From the NCBI GenBank assembly GCA_965215975.1, contig OZ244136.1:1358418-1422417 (forward strand): 64,000 nt of DNA, given 5' to 3'. Below are positions 44,400 through 54,604 of this stretch, piece after piece; positions within the stretch are counted from its first letter, which is position 1; every line of letters starts with the position of its first letter. The notes beneath the pieces are model-generated. The model was not told the DNA's origin. It worked only from the letters and a program-made list of their open reading frames with translations, and did no database searches. Position numbers and translations under genes: made by a program. This DNA is from Dehalococcoidia bacterium. GTDB taxonomy: Bacteria; Chloroflexota; Dehalococcoidia; Lucifugimonadales; UBA3495.

Positions 44400-46175
44400 A
44401 TGAAGGTATCGTTGCTTCTTTTGGGATGTCTCTTCTGCCTGGCCTTGGTGGTAGCCTGTGGAGCCGCCGAGCCCCAGGTTATTGAGACGGTGGTGGAAAG
44501 GGAAGTGCCCGTCGAAGTGGAAGTTGAAACTATCCGCGAAGTACCGGTAGAAGTGGAAAAAGAGGTACGGGTGGAGGTAGAAAAAGAGGTAGAGCGAATA
44601 GTTATTGCCACCCCAACGCCGGTGCAGATACCGGAATCCGGAAGACTCCCGGGTAGAGTGGATCCTGTCGGTTCGATTATCTCGGTTAGTTCTTACCTGG
44701 GTTTCCAGGGTGTTGACACCAATATCGGGCAGGATAGCGCCACCAAGGTTTACTACGACGAAGTATTCGAATACGCCATTGGTCAAAACCCCGACGGAAC
44801 TTTGACCCCTGGTTTCGCCACCAAGTGGGAGGTATCCGAGGATCAACTGACCTGGACCTTCACCATCCGCGAGGGGATGAAGTTCCACAACGGCGCCGAC
44901 GTTACTCCGGAGGACGTTGCCTGGACCTGGACTCGGGCAATTGGGGAGGACTCCCTGGGCGGGTTCGCTTTGGAAGTAGGACCGCTGCTGAGTTCCGGCT
45001 TTGAAGTGGCGGGCAACACGGTCTCGGTTTCCACCATAGAACCCCAGTCCACGCTGCCGCTGTTCTTTGCTTCGGCATCTCCTCCCAGGTCCGTGGTCTT
45101 CCCGCAGGCCTACTTCGAGAGCATAGGCGGCATAGAAAACTTCCGCGAAGCCCCGATTGGGTCCGGCCCATACGTCTGGGAAGACCGGGTGCCCGGCCAG
45201 TATATCCAGTTCACTGCATTTGAAGACCATTACGAGAAGAACCCCGGATACAAGGTTCTGCAGATCTGGGACGTGGCCGAACTGAATACCCGCATGGCCA
45301 TGCTCAAGAGCGGCAACGCCGACCTGATTACGGCTTCTGTGCGCAGCGTTGAGGAACTGCAATCTGCTGATCTGCAAGTTCTCCAGTCGCCGGCCGCCAA
45401 CATATCGTGGATCTGGTACAACTACGCCTGGGTCCCTGGGCACCCCTTCAATGACAAGCGCGTCCGCGAAGCCATTTCCATCGCCATTGACCGGGAGGCG
45501 ATCGGCAATGGTCTTTACGCCGGCCAGACCACCCCGGCCTGCTGCTACTGGGTAGTGGAAGGCAACATTGGTTACCCCGGGGACGTGGAGCCCCACCCCT
45601 ACGACCCAGCGCGGGCCATGCAACTCATCCAGGAAGCCGGGTTTGAGGGATCTGAAATTGAAATCATGACCTTCTCCGGCGACGCAGATTTTGTTGACCA
45701 GCCTGGTCTGTCCGAGGCCATTGCCGGATACCTGGAGGCCATTGGTATCAGCACGTTCGTATCCGTCGTCGACGGCCCGGTCCTGCGGGAGACTTTCGAC
45801 AACGCCATCAAGACTACGGATGAAATAGAAGAGATCGTGAATGACCAGCCTCCTTACCAGATCGCGGTCCGGGGCAGCGACACTCGCATCCACTCCTACC
45901 GCGGCTCCCACATCTACTACCATTCTGAGGGTCGCCGGCAAATGATGCGCCTGCCCGACATTCTTGACCCCTTGCTGGATAAGGCAGGATCTTCCTTTGA
46001 CCTCCAGGACCAGCACGACGCGATGGCCGACTTCCACCGGCTACTCAGTCGGGACTTCTGGGCGGGTCCTCTGCTGGAGGCGGGGGCCGTGTTCGGGGCC
46101 AGCGACAAGGTTGGCTCTTGGACTCCCATCACTGGAAAGCCGTATCCCCACAACCACTGGACGATAAGGCCATAA
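44400..46175 (+). CDS. ABC transporter substrate-binding lipoprotein (family 5, peptide/nickel type)
   Basis: Lipoprotein signal MKVSLLLLGCLFCLALVVAC, a Glu/Val-rich linker, then an SBP_bac_5-like body. First gene of a 5-gene ABC operon. The GTG at 44391 is an alternative start. Confidence 0.85.
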   Translation: MKVSLLLLGCLFCLALVVACGAAEPQVIETVVEREVPVEVEVETIREVPVEVEKEVRVEVEKEVERIVIATPTPVQIPESGRLPGRVDPVGSIISVSSYLGFQGVDTNIGQDSATKVYYDEVFEYAIGQNPDGTLTPGFATKWEVSEDQLTWTFTIREGMKFHNGADVTPEDVAWTWTRAIGEDSLGGFALEVGPLLSSGFEVAGNTVSVSTIEPQSTLPLFFASASPPRSVVFPQAYFESIGGIENFREAPIGSGPYVWEDRVPGQYIQFTAFEDHYEKNPGYKVLQIWDVAELNTRMAMLKSGNADLITASVRSVEELQSADLQVLQSPAANISWIWYNYAWVPGHPFNDKRVREAISIAIDREAIGNGLYAGQTTPACCYWVVEGNIGYPGDVEPHPYDPARAMQLIQEAGFEGSEIEIMTFSGDADFVDQPGLSEAIAGYLEAIGISTFVSVVDGPVLRETFDNAIKTTDEIEEIVNDQPPYQIAVRGSDTRIHSYRGSHIYYHSEGRRQMMRLPDILDPLLDKAGSSFDLQDQHDAMADFHRLLSRDFWAGPLLEAGAVFGASDKVGSWTPITGKPYPHNHWTIRP

Positions 46176-46271
46176 GGGGTATCCGTCCACTGACGCAGAC
46201 CGCAATTGCGGGAATGGTCTGCCGGCGAAGTAGAAAGTTGCCGGCAGACCCTCCAATTTGAGGACTCCTCC

Positions 46272-47192
46272 ATGCTCAAGTACATCGGGTTTCGCCTCTT
46301 TCAGGCCCTGCTGGGTTTGTGGTTCATTGCAACCCTGGTGTTTATCCTATCCCGCTCCATCGGCGACCCGGCGGAGGTATTCACGGCCCGCAATTCGGGG
46401 GTGGATGCCCGGGAAATAATGGCCGCCAAGCTGGGGCTGGACAAGCCCCTTTACCAGCAGTACGCAAGGTACATCGGTCAACTGGTAAGGCTGGATTTGG
46501 GCGAGTCGGTCAGCAACGGCATTCCAGTCACCCAGATTCTGACGGAACGACTGCCGGCTACTTTCTCCCTGGGGCTGATTGCGCTGATTTTTGCCGTGGT
46601 ATTTTCTATTCCGCTGGGCGTGCTTGGCGCGGTTTATCGCGATTCCCCGGTCGACTGGTTGGCCAAGGTCCTGGCGTTTCTGGGTCAGTCCATGCCGCCC
46701 TTCTGGCTTGGCATTATGTTGATTATTCTGTTCGCCGTGGTCTGGGGACTGTTACCTCCGGCGGGCAAGGGTGGTTGGCAATCTTACGTGCTGCCCGGCT
46801 TTACCCTGGGCTGGGGTGTGATGGCTGGTATGGTGCGTTTGGTCCGTTCCAGCATGATGGATGTGCTGGATAGCGACTATGTAGCCATGGCGCGCGCCAA
46901 GGGCCTTCCGGAAGGGGTTGTAATTGGCAAGCACGCGTTGAGGAACGCCCTGTTGCCGGTGTTGACCTACAGCAGCCTGGTCCTCGGGGCCTTTATGAAT
47001 GGCTCAGTAGTTGTGGAGCAGGTTTATGCCTGGCCCGGCATTGGAACTTCGGCAGTGCAAAGCGTCGTGCGGCGAGACTTTCCGGTAATCCAGGGCGTCG
47101 TCATAGTTTTCGGCAGTTTCTTTATCCTTATCAATCTGTTTGTTGATATCCTGTACGCCGTTATAGATCCCCGAATAAAGTACACCCAGTAG
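46272..47192 (+). CDS. ABC transporter permease (DppB/OppB-like)
   Basis: MLKYIGFRLFQALLGLWFIATLVFIL N-terminus typical of the family, plus the EAA-like region DYVAMARAKGLPEGVVIGKHALRNALLPV. Confidence 0.9.
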   Translation: MLKYIGFRLFQALLGLWFIATLVFILSRSIGDPAEVFTARNSGVDAREIMAAKLGLDKPLYQQYARYIGQLVRLDLGESVSNGIPVTQILTERLPATFSLGLIALIFAVVFSIPLGVLGAVYRDSPVDWLAKVLAFLGQSMPPFWLGIMLIILFAVVWGLLPPAGKGGWQSYVLPGFTLGWGVMAGMVRLVRSSMMDVLDSDYVAMARAKGLPEGVVIGKHALRNALLPVLTYSSLVLGAFMNGSVVVEQVYAWPGIGTSAVQSVVRRDFPVIQGVVIVFGSFFILINLFVDILYAVIDPRIKYTQ

Positions 47193-47202
47193 CAGGGAAT
47201 CC

Positions 47203-48102
47203 ATGACCAACATTACTATGCAAACCACGGCCCCGTCTTCCGTGTGGGCTCTTCGTCTTCGCTCGGGACTTGACGGGTTGCGACGAGCGCCCAAGATTCC
47301 GGTGTCCGTTCTGGCCATCCTGCTGATTTTCGCCGCTTTTGGACAATGGATCGCTCCCTACAGCCCCGTGGCCGTTGATCTGTCCAACTCCTTCGCCCCT
47401 CCGGTATGGCATGAGGAAGGGACCTCTGCGAATTTACTGGGTACTGACAAGCTGGGCCGGGACATATTGAGCAGGTTGATCCGGGGATCCCGGGTTTCGC
47501 TTTCCCTGTCCTTGTTTGTAATCGGTCTTGGCGGGGGAGTGGGGGTATTACTGGGATTGGTATCCGGATACGCGGGCGGCAAAGTGGATGCCGTAATGCA
47601 GCGGGGCATCGAAGTAATTCTGGCGATGCCGACCATTCTGGTTGCCCTGGTACTGGTATTCGCCATCGGGCGCAGTTTCGAAAGCGTCATTCTTATTCTG
47701 TCGCCCTTCCTGGCTGCCCGGTTTGCTCGAATCGTTCGCGGCGAGACGTTAAGTGTTCGTGAGCGGGACTTCGTGTCTATAGCAAAAGTCATCGGGACCC
47801 CGGCCTGGATGATCATGCTCCGTCATATTTTGCCCAATGTGTTCAACACTGTCATTGTCCTTGCCACTCTGGAAGTGGGACACCTGATTCTGTTGGAGTC
47901 TTCGCTCAGTTTCCTGGGAGTTGGAGTGCCTCCCCCTCAACCGGCTTGGGGCCTGATGGTTGCCGATGGGAGAGAATTCCTGACTTCTGCTTACTGGATT
48001 ACGCTTTTCCCTGGCTTGTTCATTCTGGCGGCGGTGTTGTCAGTTAACCTGTTTGGAGACTGGCTGCGAGATACGTTGGATCCCAGGCGCCGGCAACTCT
48101 AG
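47203..48102 (+). CDS. ABC transporter permease (DppC/OppC-like)
   Basis: LLGTDKLGRDILSRLIRGSRVSL motif and EAA-like region DFVSIAKVIGTPAWMIMLRHILPNV. Confidence 0.9.
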   Translation: MTNITMQTTAPSSVWALRLRSGLDGLRRAPKIPVSVLAILLIFAAFGQWIAPYSPVAVDLSNSFAPPVWHEEGTSANLLGTDKLGRDILSRLIRGSRVSLSLSLFVIGLGGGVGVLLGLVSGYAGGKVDAVMQRGIEVILAMPTILVALVLVFAIGRSFESVILILSPFLAARFARIVRGETLSVRERDFVSIAKVIGTPAWMIMLRHILPNVFNTVIVLATLEVGHLILLESSLSFLGVGVPPPQPAWGLMVADGREFLTSAYWITLFPGLFILAAVLSVNLFGDWLRDTLDPRRRQL

Positions 48103-48127
48103 GTAATCGTCCCGAGCTTAGTGATAA

Positions 48128-49123
48128 ATGCAATACCAGGATACGGAAAAGGACCTGCTTCTCAGGGTTGAAGGGCTGAAGACCTACTTCTTCCAGCGTA
48201 ACGCTGTGTTGAAGGCGGTGGACGGGGTCAGCTTTACGGTTGGCCAGGGCGAAGCTGTGGGCTTGGTGGGTGAGTCGGGCAGCGGCAAGACGATGACCTG
48301 CCTTTCCCTGATGCGCCTGGTGCCGCAGCCGGGCGCCCGCATTGTCGGGGGAGAGATCTGGTTCAAAGGCGATAATCTCCTTGAATTGTCCGAGCATGAA
48401 ATGCGAGAGTACCGGGGTCATCGCATGGCCATAATCATGCAGGACCCGCAGACATCGCTGAACCCGGTGTATACCGTCGGCGAGCAAGTGGCCGAGCCGG
48501 TACGCCTTCATCTAAAGGAACGCGGGCAGCAAGCCATGGCGCGGGTCCTGGAATCCCTTCGGGCGGTCCGGATACCTCGTCCGGAGTTGCGGGTAGGACA
48601 ATATCCCCACCAGTTCAGCGGGGGCATGAGACAGCGGGTAGTGGCCGCCATGGGCCTTACTACCCAACCTGAGCTACTGATTGCCGACGAGCCCACCACC
48701 TCCCTGGACGTTACCATTCAAGCCCAGTTCCTGCGGTTAATACGAGAACTGCAGCAGGAAAGCGGCACCAGTGTCATCTGGGTTACTCACGACCTAGGAA
48801 TTGTCGCCCAGATGTGCGATCGCGTTAACGTAATGTATGCGGGCCGTATTGTTGAAAGCGGCAGAGTCAGGCAGATTTACAAGGAACCGCAACACCCCTA
48901 CACCAGGGCTCTTCTGGACTCGGTTCCCCTGATGGGCGCCAGACGGGACCAGCTGTACCAGATTGAAGGGCAGCCGCCTGATTTGCGTAGCATTCCCGAA
49001 GGCTGTCCCTTCTGGCCCCGCTGCCCGGAGGCCATGGACAAGTGCCGGGAGCAGTACCCACCCAGGACTTCCCTGGGCGGACAAGACTTTGTGCATTGCT
49101 GGCTAGCTGAGCCGGGAGGGTAG
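48128..49123 (+). CDS. ABC transporter ATP-binding protein (DppD/OppD-like)
   Basis: Walker A GESGSGKT, signature FSGGMRQRV, Walker B LLIADEPTTSLD, C-terminal oligopeptide-type extension with Cys residues. Confidence 0.92.
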   Translation: MQYQDTEKDLLLRVEGLKTYFFQRNAVLKAVDGVSFTVGQGEAVGLVGESGSGKTMTCLSLMRLVPQPGARIVGGEIWFKGDNLLELSEHEMREYRGHRMAIIMQDPQTSLNPVYTVGEQVAEPVRLHLKERGQQAMARVLESLRAVRIPRPELRVGQYPHQFSGGMRQRVVAAMGLTTQPELLIADEPTTSLDVTIQAQFLRLIRELQQESGTSVIWVTHDLGIVAQMCDRVNVMYAGRIVESGRVRQIYKEPQHPYTRALLDSVPLMGARRDQLYQIEGQPPDLRSIPEGCPFWPRCPEAMDKCREQYPPRTSLGGQDFVHCWLAEPGG

Positions 49124-49124
49124 T

Positions 49125-50108
49125 TTGGCCGACCAATTGCTGGAAGTCGAAGGGCTGGCGAAGCATTTTCGGGGCGGCGGTAACTGGATTAACCGTGGCG
49201 GGGATTCCATACGCGCAGTGGATGGCGTCAGCTTTTCCGTAGGAGAGGGCGAAACATTCGCCCTGGTGGGCGAGAGCGGCTGCGGAAAGACTACCGTAGC
49301 CAAGATGATTTTGCTCCTGGAACGCCCGACTTGGGGAACCATTAAATTCCAGGGAGAAGACGTCAGCCGCTTCAGGGGAAGCGGGTTGCGGGAATACAAA
49401 CGCCTGGTGCAGGCGGTGTTTCAGGACCCGTACAGTTCCCTCAACCCGCGAATGCAGGTTCTGGACATTATCGGTGAACCCCTGCGTGTCCACCAGAAGC
49501 TGCGCGGGCGAAACCTGCGTATGCGGGTGGGCGAACTGCTGGAAAACGTGGGACTGAATCCCGTGACGGCCACTTTCTTCCCTCACCAGTTTAGCGGAGG
49601 ACAGCGCCAGCGTATTGCCATTGCTCGCGCCCTGGCCCTCCGGCCTAACCTGATTGTGCTGGACGAGCCCGTTTCGGGCCTGGATGTTTCTATCAGGGCG
49701 CAGATTCTCAACTTGCTGGTGCAGCTGCAGCGCGACCTGGGCCTGAGCTACCTGCTCATATCCCACGATTTGGCCATCGTCGAGCACATGAGCCATAGGG
49801 TGGGCGTTATGTACGTGGGCAAGATGGTGGAACTGGCAACCAGGGATGAATTCTACGGAAATACCCTGCATCCTTACAGCAATGCGCTGCTTGCGTCCGT
49901 CCCCCAACCAGACCCGGACATCCCCATGGGGACTACCATAACTGGCGAAGTGGCCAGCCCCATCAATCCACCTAGCGGATGCCGGTTCCATACCCGTTGC
50001 CCGATTTACCTGGAGACAGACATGTGCCGCGAAGTGGAACCTGAATGGCGGGAAGTGCTCACCGACCATCTAACGGCCTGCCACAAGGTTGAGCCGGCGG
50101 TTGTCTGA
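49125..50108 (+). CDS. ABC transporter ATP-binding protein (DppF/OppF-like)
   Basis: Walker A GESGCGKT, signature FSGGQRQRIA, Walker B LIVLDEPVSGLD. TTG start 1 nt after the previous stop. Confidence 0.9.
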   Translation: MADQLLEVEGLAKHFRGGGNWINRGGDSIRAVDGVSFSVGEGETFALVGESGCGKTTVAKMILLLERPTWGTIKFQGEDVSRFRGSGLREYKRLVQAVFQDPYSSLNPRMQVLDIIGEPLRVHQKLRGRNLRMRVGELLENVGLNPVTATFFPHQFSGGQRQRIAIARALALRPNLIVLDEPVSGLDVSIRAQILNLLVQLQRDLGLSYLLISHDLAIVEHMSHRVGVMYVGKMVELATRDEFYGNTLHPYSNALLASVPQPDPDIPMGTTITGEVASPINPPSGCRFHTRCPIYLETDMCREVEPEWREVLTDHLTACHKVEPAVV

Positions 50109-50180
50109 CGCAAGGGACTTGCCCAATTCGGCAGAGGTTATGCTTGGCCCTCATCCTTCCAGCCTGCCAACAACAAAAAG

Positions 50181-50206
50181 AAACTGACCGCCGCGGCGGT
50201 CAGTTT
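50181..50206. terminator. Bidirectional terminator-like palindrome between convergent genes
   Basis: AAACTGACCGCCG/CGGCGGTCAGTTT perfect 26-nt palindrome, preceded by an A-run (CAACAAAAAG) and followed by TTTCCAATT. Confidence 0.65.
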
Positions 50207-50234
50207 CCAATTCCGTCTGCATTCAAGTCTCGAG

Positions 50235-51611
50235 TTACGCCACCAAGAAGGGCCGCAATTCCCGAACGCTGGGCAGGGTCTCCAGCCGGTTGATGGTATC
50301 AATCAACTCCTCGGACCTGGCCCGACCCAGTACCGGCTCCATCAAATCCAGAGCCTTTTCTCCTACCTCTTCGGTAGTCAGTGGATTCTCCGCGCGGCCT
50401 CGGAAGCTGGTAACCCGCTCGGTCAGATTCGCACCGTCCTTCGTAGTTACCTCAACAATGGCCTGGTAATCGGGCTGTGCGCCGCTGAGTTCCGGGTCGC
50501 CTATCAACGTAATCCTGGAGCGAACGTCCATCACATCCGGCTCCGTCATCCGCTCGAAGGAATGGGCAGCCTCAAAGGAAACTCTCCCATCGAGCAAGGC
50601 GATGGCGAAGATGTACTGCAGGTTGATATCGGGCATTTCCCGGTCATTTACGGTGTGGGCTCCGCTTTCAGGCAACCGGACGACGATCTTTTCCACGTCA
50701 GCGGCGTCGATGCCGTGCTTGGCCATAATCAGGGTCAGTCCCTCGGCCGGGGACTGGATGGGGAAGCCCACGCAGAACTTTTTGATATTGGTCAGCATCA
50801 CCTCGTATCGGCTCCCCAGTTCGGCCACCAACTCCTCTCCCTTGGCGTTATCCGCATAGGCCACCAGGAAATTGCCGTCGCCAGCGAAGGTATCGTACAC
50901 TCCGGTGAAGCCCATCTTGACCATCTCTGCAGCCATGACTCCATTGCGGGCGTTCATTCCACCGAAGATGAAGGCCTTTTCGATGTGCTCCACGTCCCTC
51001 GGATAAGTCATGATCCCCGAGGCCTGTTGGGCCCCGTAGGACAGCAGGTCGCGGTATTGCTCTTCCTTCAGGTCTGCCAGGCATCCCGCAGCCACCGTTG
51101 CACCTATAGTTCCGCCGATGCTGAATGGCAGGTGGTTCCGCGCCCGCATCTCTTCCCTGCCGAGAGCCTTGGTGGTTCGGCTGCCTATGTCATATCCCAG
51201 CACCACGGCCTTGATGAATTGGGACCCGTTTACGTTCTCGCGTTCTCCCATGGCCAGGGCGGCGGGCAATATCGCGCAGCCCGGGTGAATTCCAGCCGAA
51301 CCGTTGGAATCATCGGTTTCGTCGGCGTGGGCCATCATTCCGTTTGCGATGGCAGCGTTTACCGCCGAGACGACCCTGGAACTTCCCACCACTTGGGCTT
51401 CCTCTGGCCCCCCTTGCTGGTCTACGTACTCCCTCGCGAGAACCCCCGGTTTGAGAACAGACCCGGACACCATTGCTGCCAGGGTATCCAGAATATGATG
51501 CTTGGCTTTTGCCAACACGTTGGGAGGGAGTTCGGCGCCAAGGGCGCCCGAAAGATAGTGAATGAGTTCAGGGGTAATGCTGCTGTCATTGGACATTAAT
51601 ATGACCTCCAT
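50235..51611 (-). CDS. MmgE/PrpD-family protein (2-methylcitrate dehydratase-like)
   Basis: Family-typical N-terminal region (LPPNVLAKAKHHILDTLAAMVSG) and length of about 450 aa. An alternative ATG lies 5 codons downstream. Confidence 0.8.
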   Translation of the reverse strand: MEVILMSNDSSITPELIHYLSGALGAELPPNVLAKAKHHILDTLAAMVSGSVLKPGVLAREYVDQQGGPEEAQVVGSSRVVSAVNAAIANGMMAHADETDDSNGSAGIHPGCAILPAALAMGERENVNGSQFIKAVVLGYDIGSRTTKALGREEMRARNHLPFSIGGTIGATVAAGCLADLKEEQYRDLLSYGAQQASGIMTYPRDVEHIEKAFIFGGMNARNGVMAAEMVKMGFTGVYDTFAGDGNFLVAYADNAKGEELVAELGSRYEVMLTNIKKFCVGFPIQSPAEGLTLIMAKHGIDAADVEKIVVRLPESGAHTVNDREMPDINLQYIFAIALLDGRVSFEAAHSFERMTEPDVMDVRSRITLIGDPELSGAQPDYQAIVEVTTKDGANLTERVTSFRGRAENPLTTEEVGEKALDLMEPVLGRARSEELIDTINRLETLPSVRELRPFLVA

Positions 51612-52037
51612 TAACTTGTTATCAATAGTTTAAGGCGAGATAACAACTGAAGTCCGTTTCGGAATGGTCTGCATTCCTGCCACACAGTTTGCACGGTAAG
51701 ACGGAAGGGATGCAGCTCCAAATTCGGGCCGTTGGGTAGTCTAACTTAAGGTGGGAGTTGCCGCAACGGAACAAGTTCATCCCAGACGTTGCCAGTGCTG
51801 CCCGCTAAAGGATCGGCGAGTCGCCCACAGCTTCCGTTGCCCACAACCTTTTAGATAATGGTTAATATAGGTTATGCTCCTGACCACGGGTAAATAGTGG
51901 GTTGGTGAGGTTGAGTCCCTGGCACTTTCCCACACCCGCAGACGTAATTGGCGCTCTTAAGGAGGTGCCGTGGCGGTCTCAATCTCCAATTGGCTTGGTG
52001 ATCCAGACTCTTTCAAGATTCTGAACCATGGTGGCCC

Positions 52038-53330
52038 TTGGTAGCCACCATCAAGCGCCGGCTCCACTACGGTTGGGTGATCTTCGCCCTTACATTTTCC
52101 AACCTTACGGTAGAGGGTGGGTCCAAGAACGTCCAGAGCGTATTCTTGGTGGCCTTCCGGGACCATTTTCGCAGCAGCGTGGCCCTGACCTCCGCTGTCT
52201 TTTCCGCCTCGGGACTATTCGGGGCATTCATTGCCCCCTTTCTGGGCATATTCCTGGACCGTTACGGCCCCCGGGTTATGTTCCCCATCGCAGGATGTTT
52301 CATCCTTGTCGGTTGGCTGGCCAGCAGCTTCGTCAGCGATGTCTGGCAGTTGTTCATTTTCTACAGCATCGTCGCCACCGTGGGGCAGGTCGGCATTTCC
52401 TCCTTCTCCGCCACTGCGACCCTGGCCCCCTGGTTCCCCCGTTCCAGGGGCGTTGTCCTGGGCATGGCAGACGCGGGCAACCCGGCCGGCCAGGCTATTG
52501 TTGTTCCGCTGGCCCAGATAATTGTCTCAACCCTGGGGTGGCAATGGGCATTCCGGATTTTTGGCGTCGCCTTTTTCCTGGTGGTCGTCATTCCCAACTT
52601 GCTCTTCCAGAAGCGACCGCCCGGCAGCGGCAGGGAAGTTAACGTTGCTATGCCAGACGTCGCGGCGGAAGCCGGCGCCTCTGATGTGCTGGCGGAATCC
52701 CCACCCGAGCGTGAAACGCCGTCCCGGTCCCCTGCTGCCGAGGTGCTTCGAGAACCTGCCGTCTGGCTTCTGTTGGGCGCCCGGGCAATCAACTCAATAG
52801 GCAACCACATGATCATGGTCCACATCCTGGCCTTCCTCTTTCTGGCCGGTTATGGTGAAATCCAGGCGGCCCTGGCCATCGGTATCGCCGGTCTGCTGGG
52901 CATCGGCGGTCGTCCCGCTACCGGCCTCCTATCCGACATACTTGGCCGGGAGATTGTTTATACCTTCGGGATGACAATGTCCGTGGCCGCCGTGGTTCTG
53001 GTCCTCTTTTTCAGCGAAGGCGGGGCATGGTGGGTGCTGGTGTTTTTTGTGGCCCTGAACGGACTCAGCGACGGCATAAGCGGCCTGCTCATCGGGGCCA
53101 AGGCCGCCGACCTCTATCCGCCCCGGATGTTGGGCACGGTGATGGGCATGATGGAGGTAGGGCGTGGCATTGGCATCGGCCTCGGTCCGATTATGGCGGG
53201 CCTTCTCTTTGACCTGCAGGGTGACTACTTCCTGGCCTTCGTGATTTCCGCCGGATTAACCACCGCCTCCGTTTTCCTTATGTGGTCCGTCGCGCTGACC
53301 TCCCGCAGTCGCAACTCCTCGTCAGAGTAG
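52038..53330 (+). CDS. MFS transporter
   Basis: About 12 predicted TM segments with an MFS-like loop (LGIFLDRYGPRVMF). TTG start; the exact start is uncertain. Confidence 0.8.
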   Translation: MVATIKRRLHYGWVIFALTFSNLTVEGGSKNVQSVFLVAFRDHFRSSVALTSAVFSASGLFGAFIAPFLGIFLDRYGPRVMFPIAGCFILVGWLASSFVSDVWQLFIFYSIVATVGQVGISSFSATATLAPWFPRSRGVVLGMADAGNPAGQAIVVPLAQIIVSTLGWQWAFRIFGVAFFLVVVIPNLLFQKRPPGSGREVNVAMPDVAAEAGASDVLAESPPERETPSRSPAAEVLREPAVWLLLGARAINSIGNHMIMVHILAFLFLAGYGEIQAALAIGIAGLLGIGGRPATGLLSDILGREIVYTFGMTMSVAAVVLVLFFSEGGAWWVLVFFVALNGLSDGISGLLIGAKAADLYPPRMLGTVMGMMEVGRGIGIGLGPIMAGLLFDLQGDYFLAFVISAGLTTASVFLMWSVALTSRSRNSSSE

Positions 53331-53706
53331 GTCGCCTGGCACCCCTTCAGCTATCTCAGAAACTCATTGACATCGGGAAGTGGCAGTTCCGGAGCTTTCG
53401 AAGGGAATTTGGAAAGGGATTCCCAGGCCTTCGAACGACGCTGGAAAGTCCTGGTTTCCATGTGGCTATTAAGACATGGTAAATGGGGACAACGGGCAAG
53501 GTGTGTGCTGGCTGATTATGGCATAGATGACCTGTTAATGCTCGTCCAGCGAAGTGTTGGGGGGGACGTACAGGGCGGCCATCCCACTTCATTCTCAACC
53601 TTAATGCTGGACTATTGACCAGGAAAAGAACTGAAGAGAGGCCGCGCTCAGCGTGATATATATCAGGGATTTCCCTCGTCGGACAAAGCCTCCGGTCCTG
53701 TCAAAC

Positions 53707-54459
53707 TCAGGCGTCCTCCAATAGCGCCAGTTTTTCCTGGAAGAGAGCCATGGAGCGCTCTTCGGGGACGCCAATGAAGAACCTCATGCCCTGCACGTAC
53801 TCCAGAACTTCCCGGGGCAGCATGAGCAGGTTATTACGGGGACCGGTGTCCTTATAGAGATTGTTCATCCAGTCTTCCTGGCCGACGAAAAGGGCATCCT
53901 CCAGCACCACACGGTCCTGCCGCTCCAGGCTGTTTGCGACCATCCAACGGGAGAAGACGAAGGGCAAGCCGGTCCACGCCTGCCATTCTTCTCCCAGGTC
54001 GTAGCGGTGAGGGTAACCGCGGATGCCCCGCCGCCGTCGCAGGGACGGATTACCGGTCAGCAGCAGGGCGTCGTGGTCTGACTGCTCATCGACGAATGTT
54101 TCGGGGCGGACGTTGTACCTCTGCTCTAGCAACACCCGGAGCAGGTCCACCGAAGCGGCGTCGCTTGCGCCCAAGGCGATACGGCCGCCGTCCAGGGCTT
54201 CAATGGGTTTCTTTGTGTGCAGCATGCTGGTAGTGGCCCTGGACACCGACGCGACGCAGAACCCGTGAATCGTGGCGGCCTTTTCCGCCAGCCTTGATGT
54301 GTCCACCAGGGGCACAGGCCCAGCGTCAATTTCCCCTCGTTCCAGCGCCTCGGTCACGGCATTGGGATCCAAGTTCATCAGCTCAATTCCGCGACGCTCC
54401 ATGTCGTAATAAAACGCTTCACATTCCAGGTTGGGGATGCGGGCTACTTTGGTGGGCAT
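53707..54459 (-). CDS. MqnA/MqnD/SBP-family protein (chorismate dehydratase-like)
   Basis: EALERGEIDAGPVPLVD and YDLGEEWQAWTGLPFVFSRWMV resemble the MqnA pattern (DLGEEW..WTGLPFVFA.W). Confidence 0.55.
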   Translation of the reverse strand: MPTKVARIPNLECEAFYYDMERRGIELMNLDPNAVTEALERGEIDAGPVPLVDTSRLAEKAATIHGFCVASVSRATTSMLHTKKPIEALDGGRIALGASDAASVDLLRVLLEQRYNVRPETFVDEQSDHDALLLTGNPSLRRRRGIRGYPHRYDLGEEWQAWTGLPFVFSRWMVANSLERQDRVVLEDALFVGQEDWMNNLYKDTGPRNNLLMLPREVLEYVQGMRFFIGVPEERSMALFQEKLALLEDA

Positions 54460-54520
54460 GGCAAAGACAGGCTCCTGGCAGGTTCAATCGCCGGGAATGT
54501 TGCTGGAGGATATCATACAA

Positions 54521-54549
54521 GAAGGCCCCCGTGGTTTCCGGAGGCCTTC
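54521..54549 (-). terminator. Possible terminator hairpin downstream of the NHL gene
   Basis: GAAGGCC (54521-54527) pairs with GGCCTTC (54543-54549). On the minus strand it is followed by TTGTATGATA. The T-tract is weak. Confidence 0.35.
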
Positions 54550-54604
54550 CCAAGAGTTCGTACGCGATCGTATAGTACGCGGCCGTACCTTACGCGGTTC
54601 TTAC

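Noticed and set aside
44490-44600. Short tandem repeats as a possible CRISPR array
   Set aside because: The repeats are 6-12 nt, imperfect, in frame within a CDS, and encode an E/V-rich linker. There is no repeat-spacer architecture and no cas genes.
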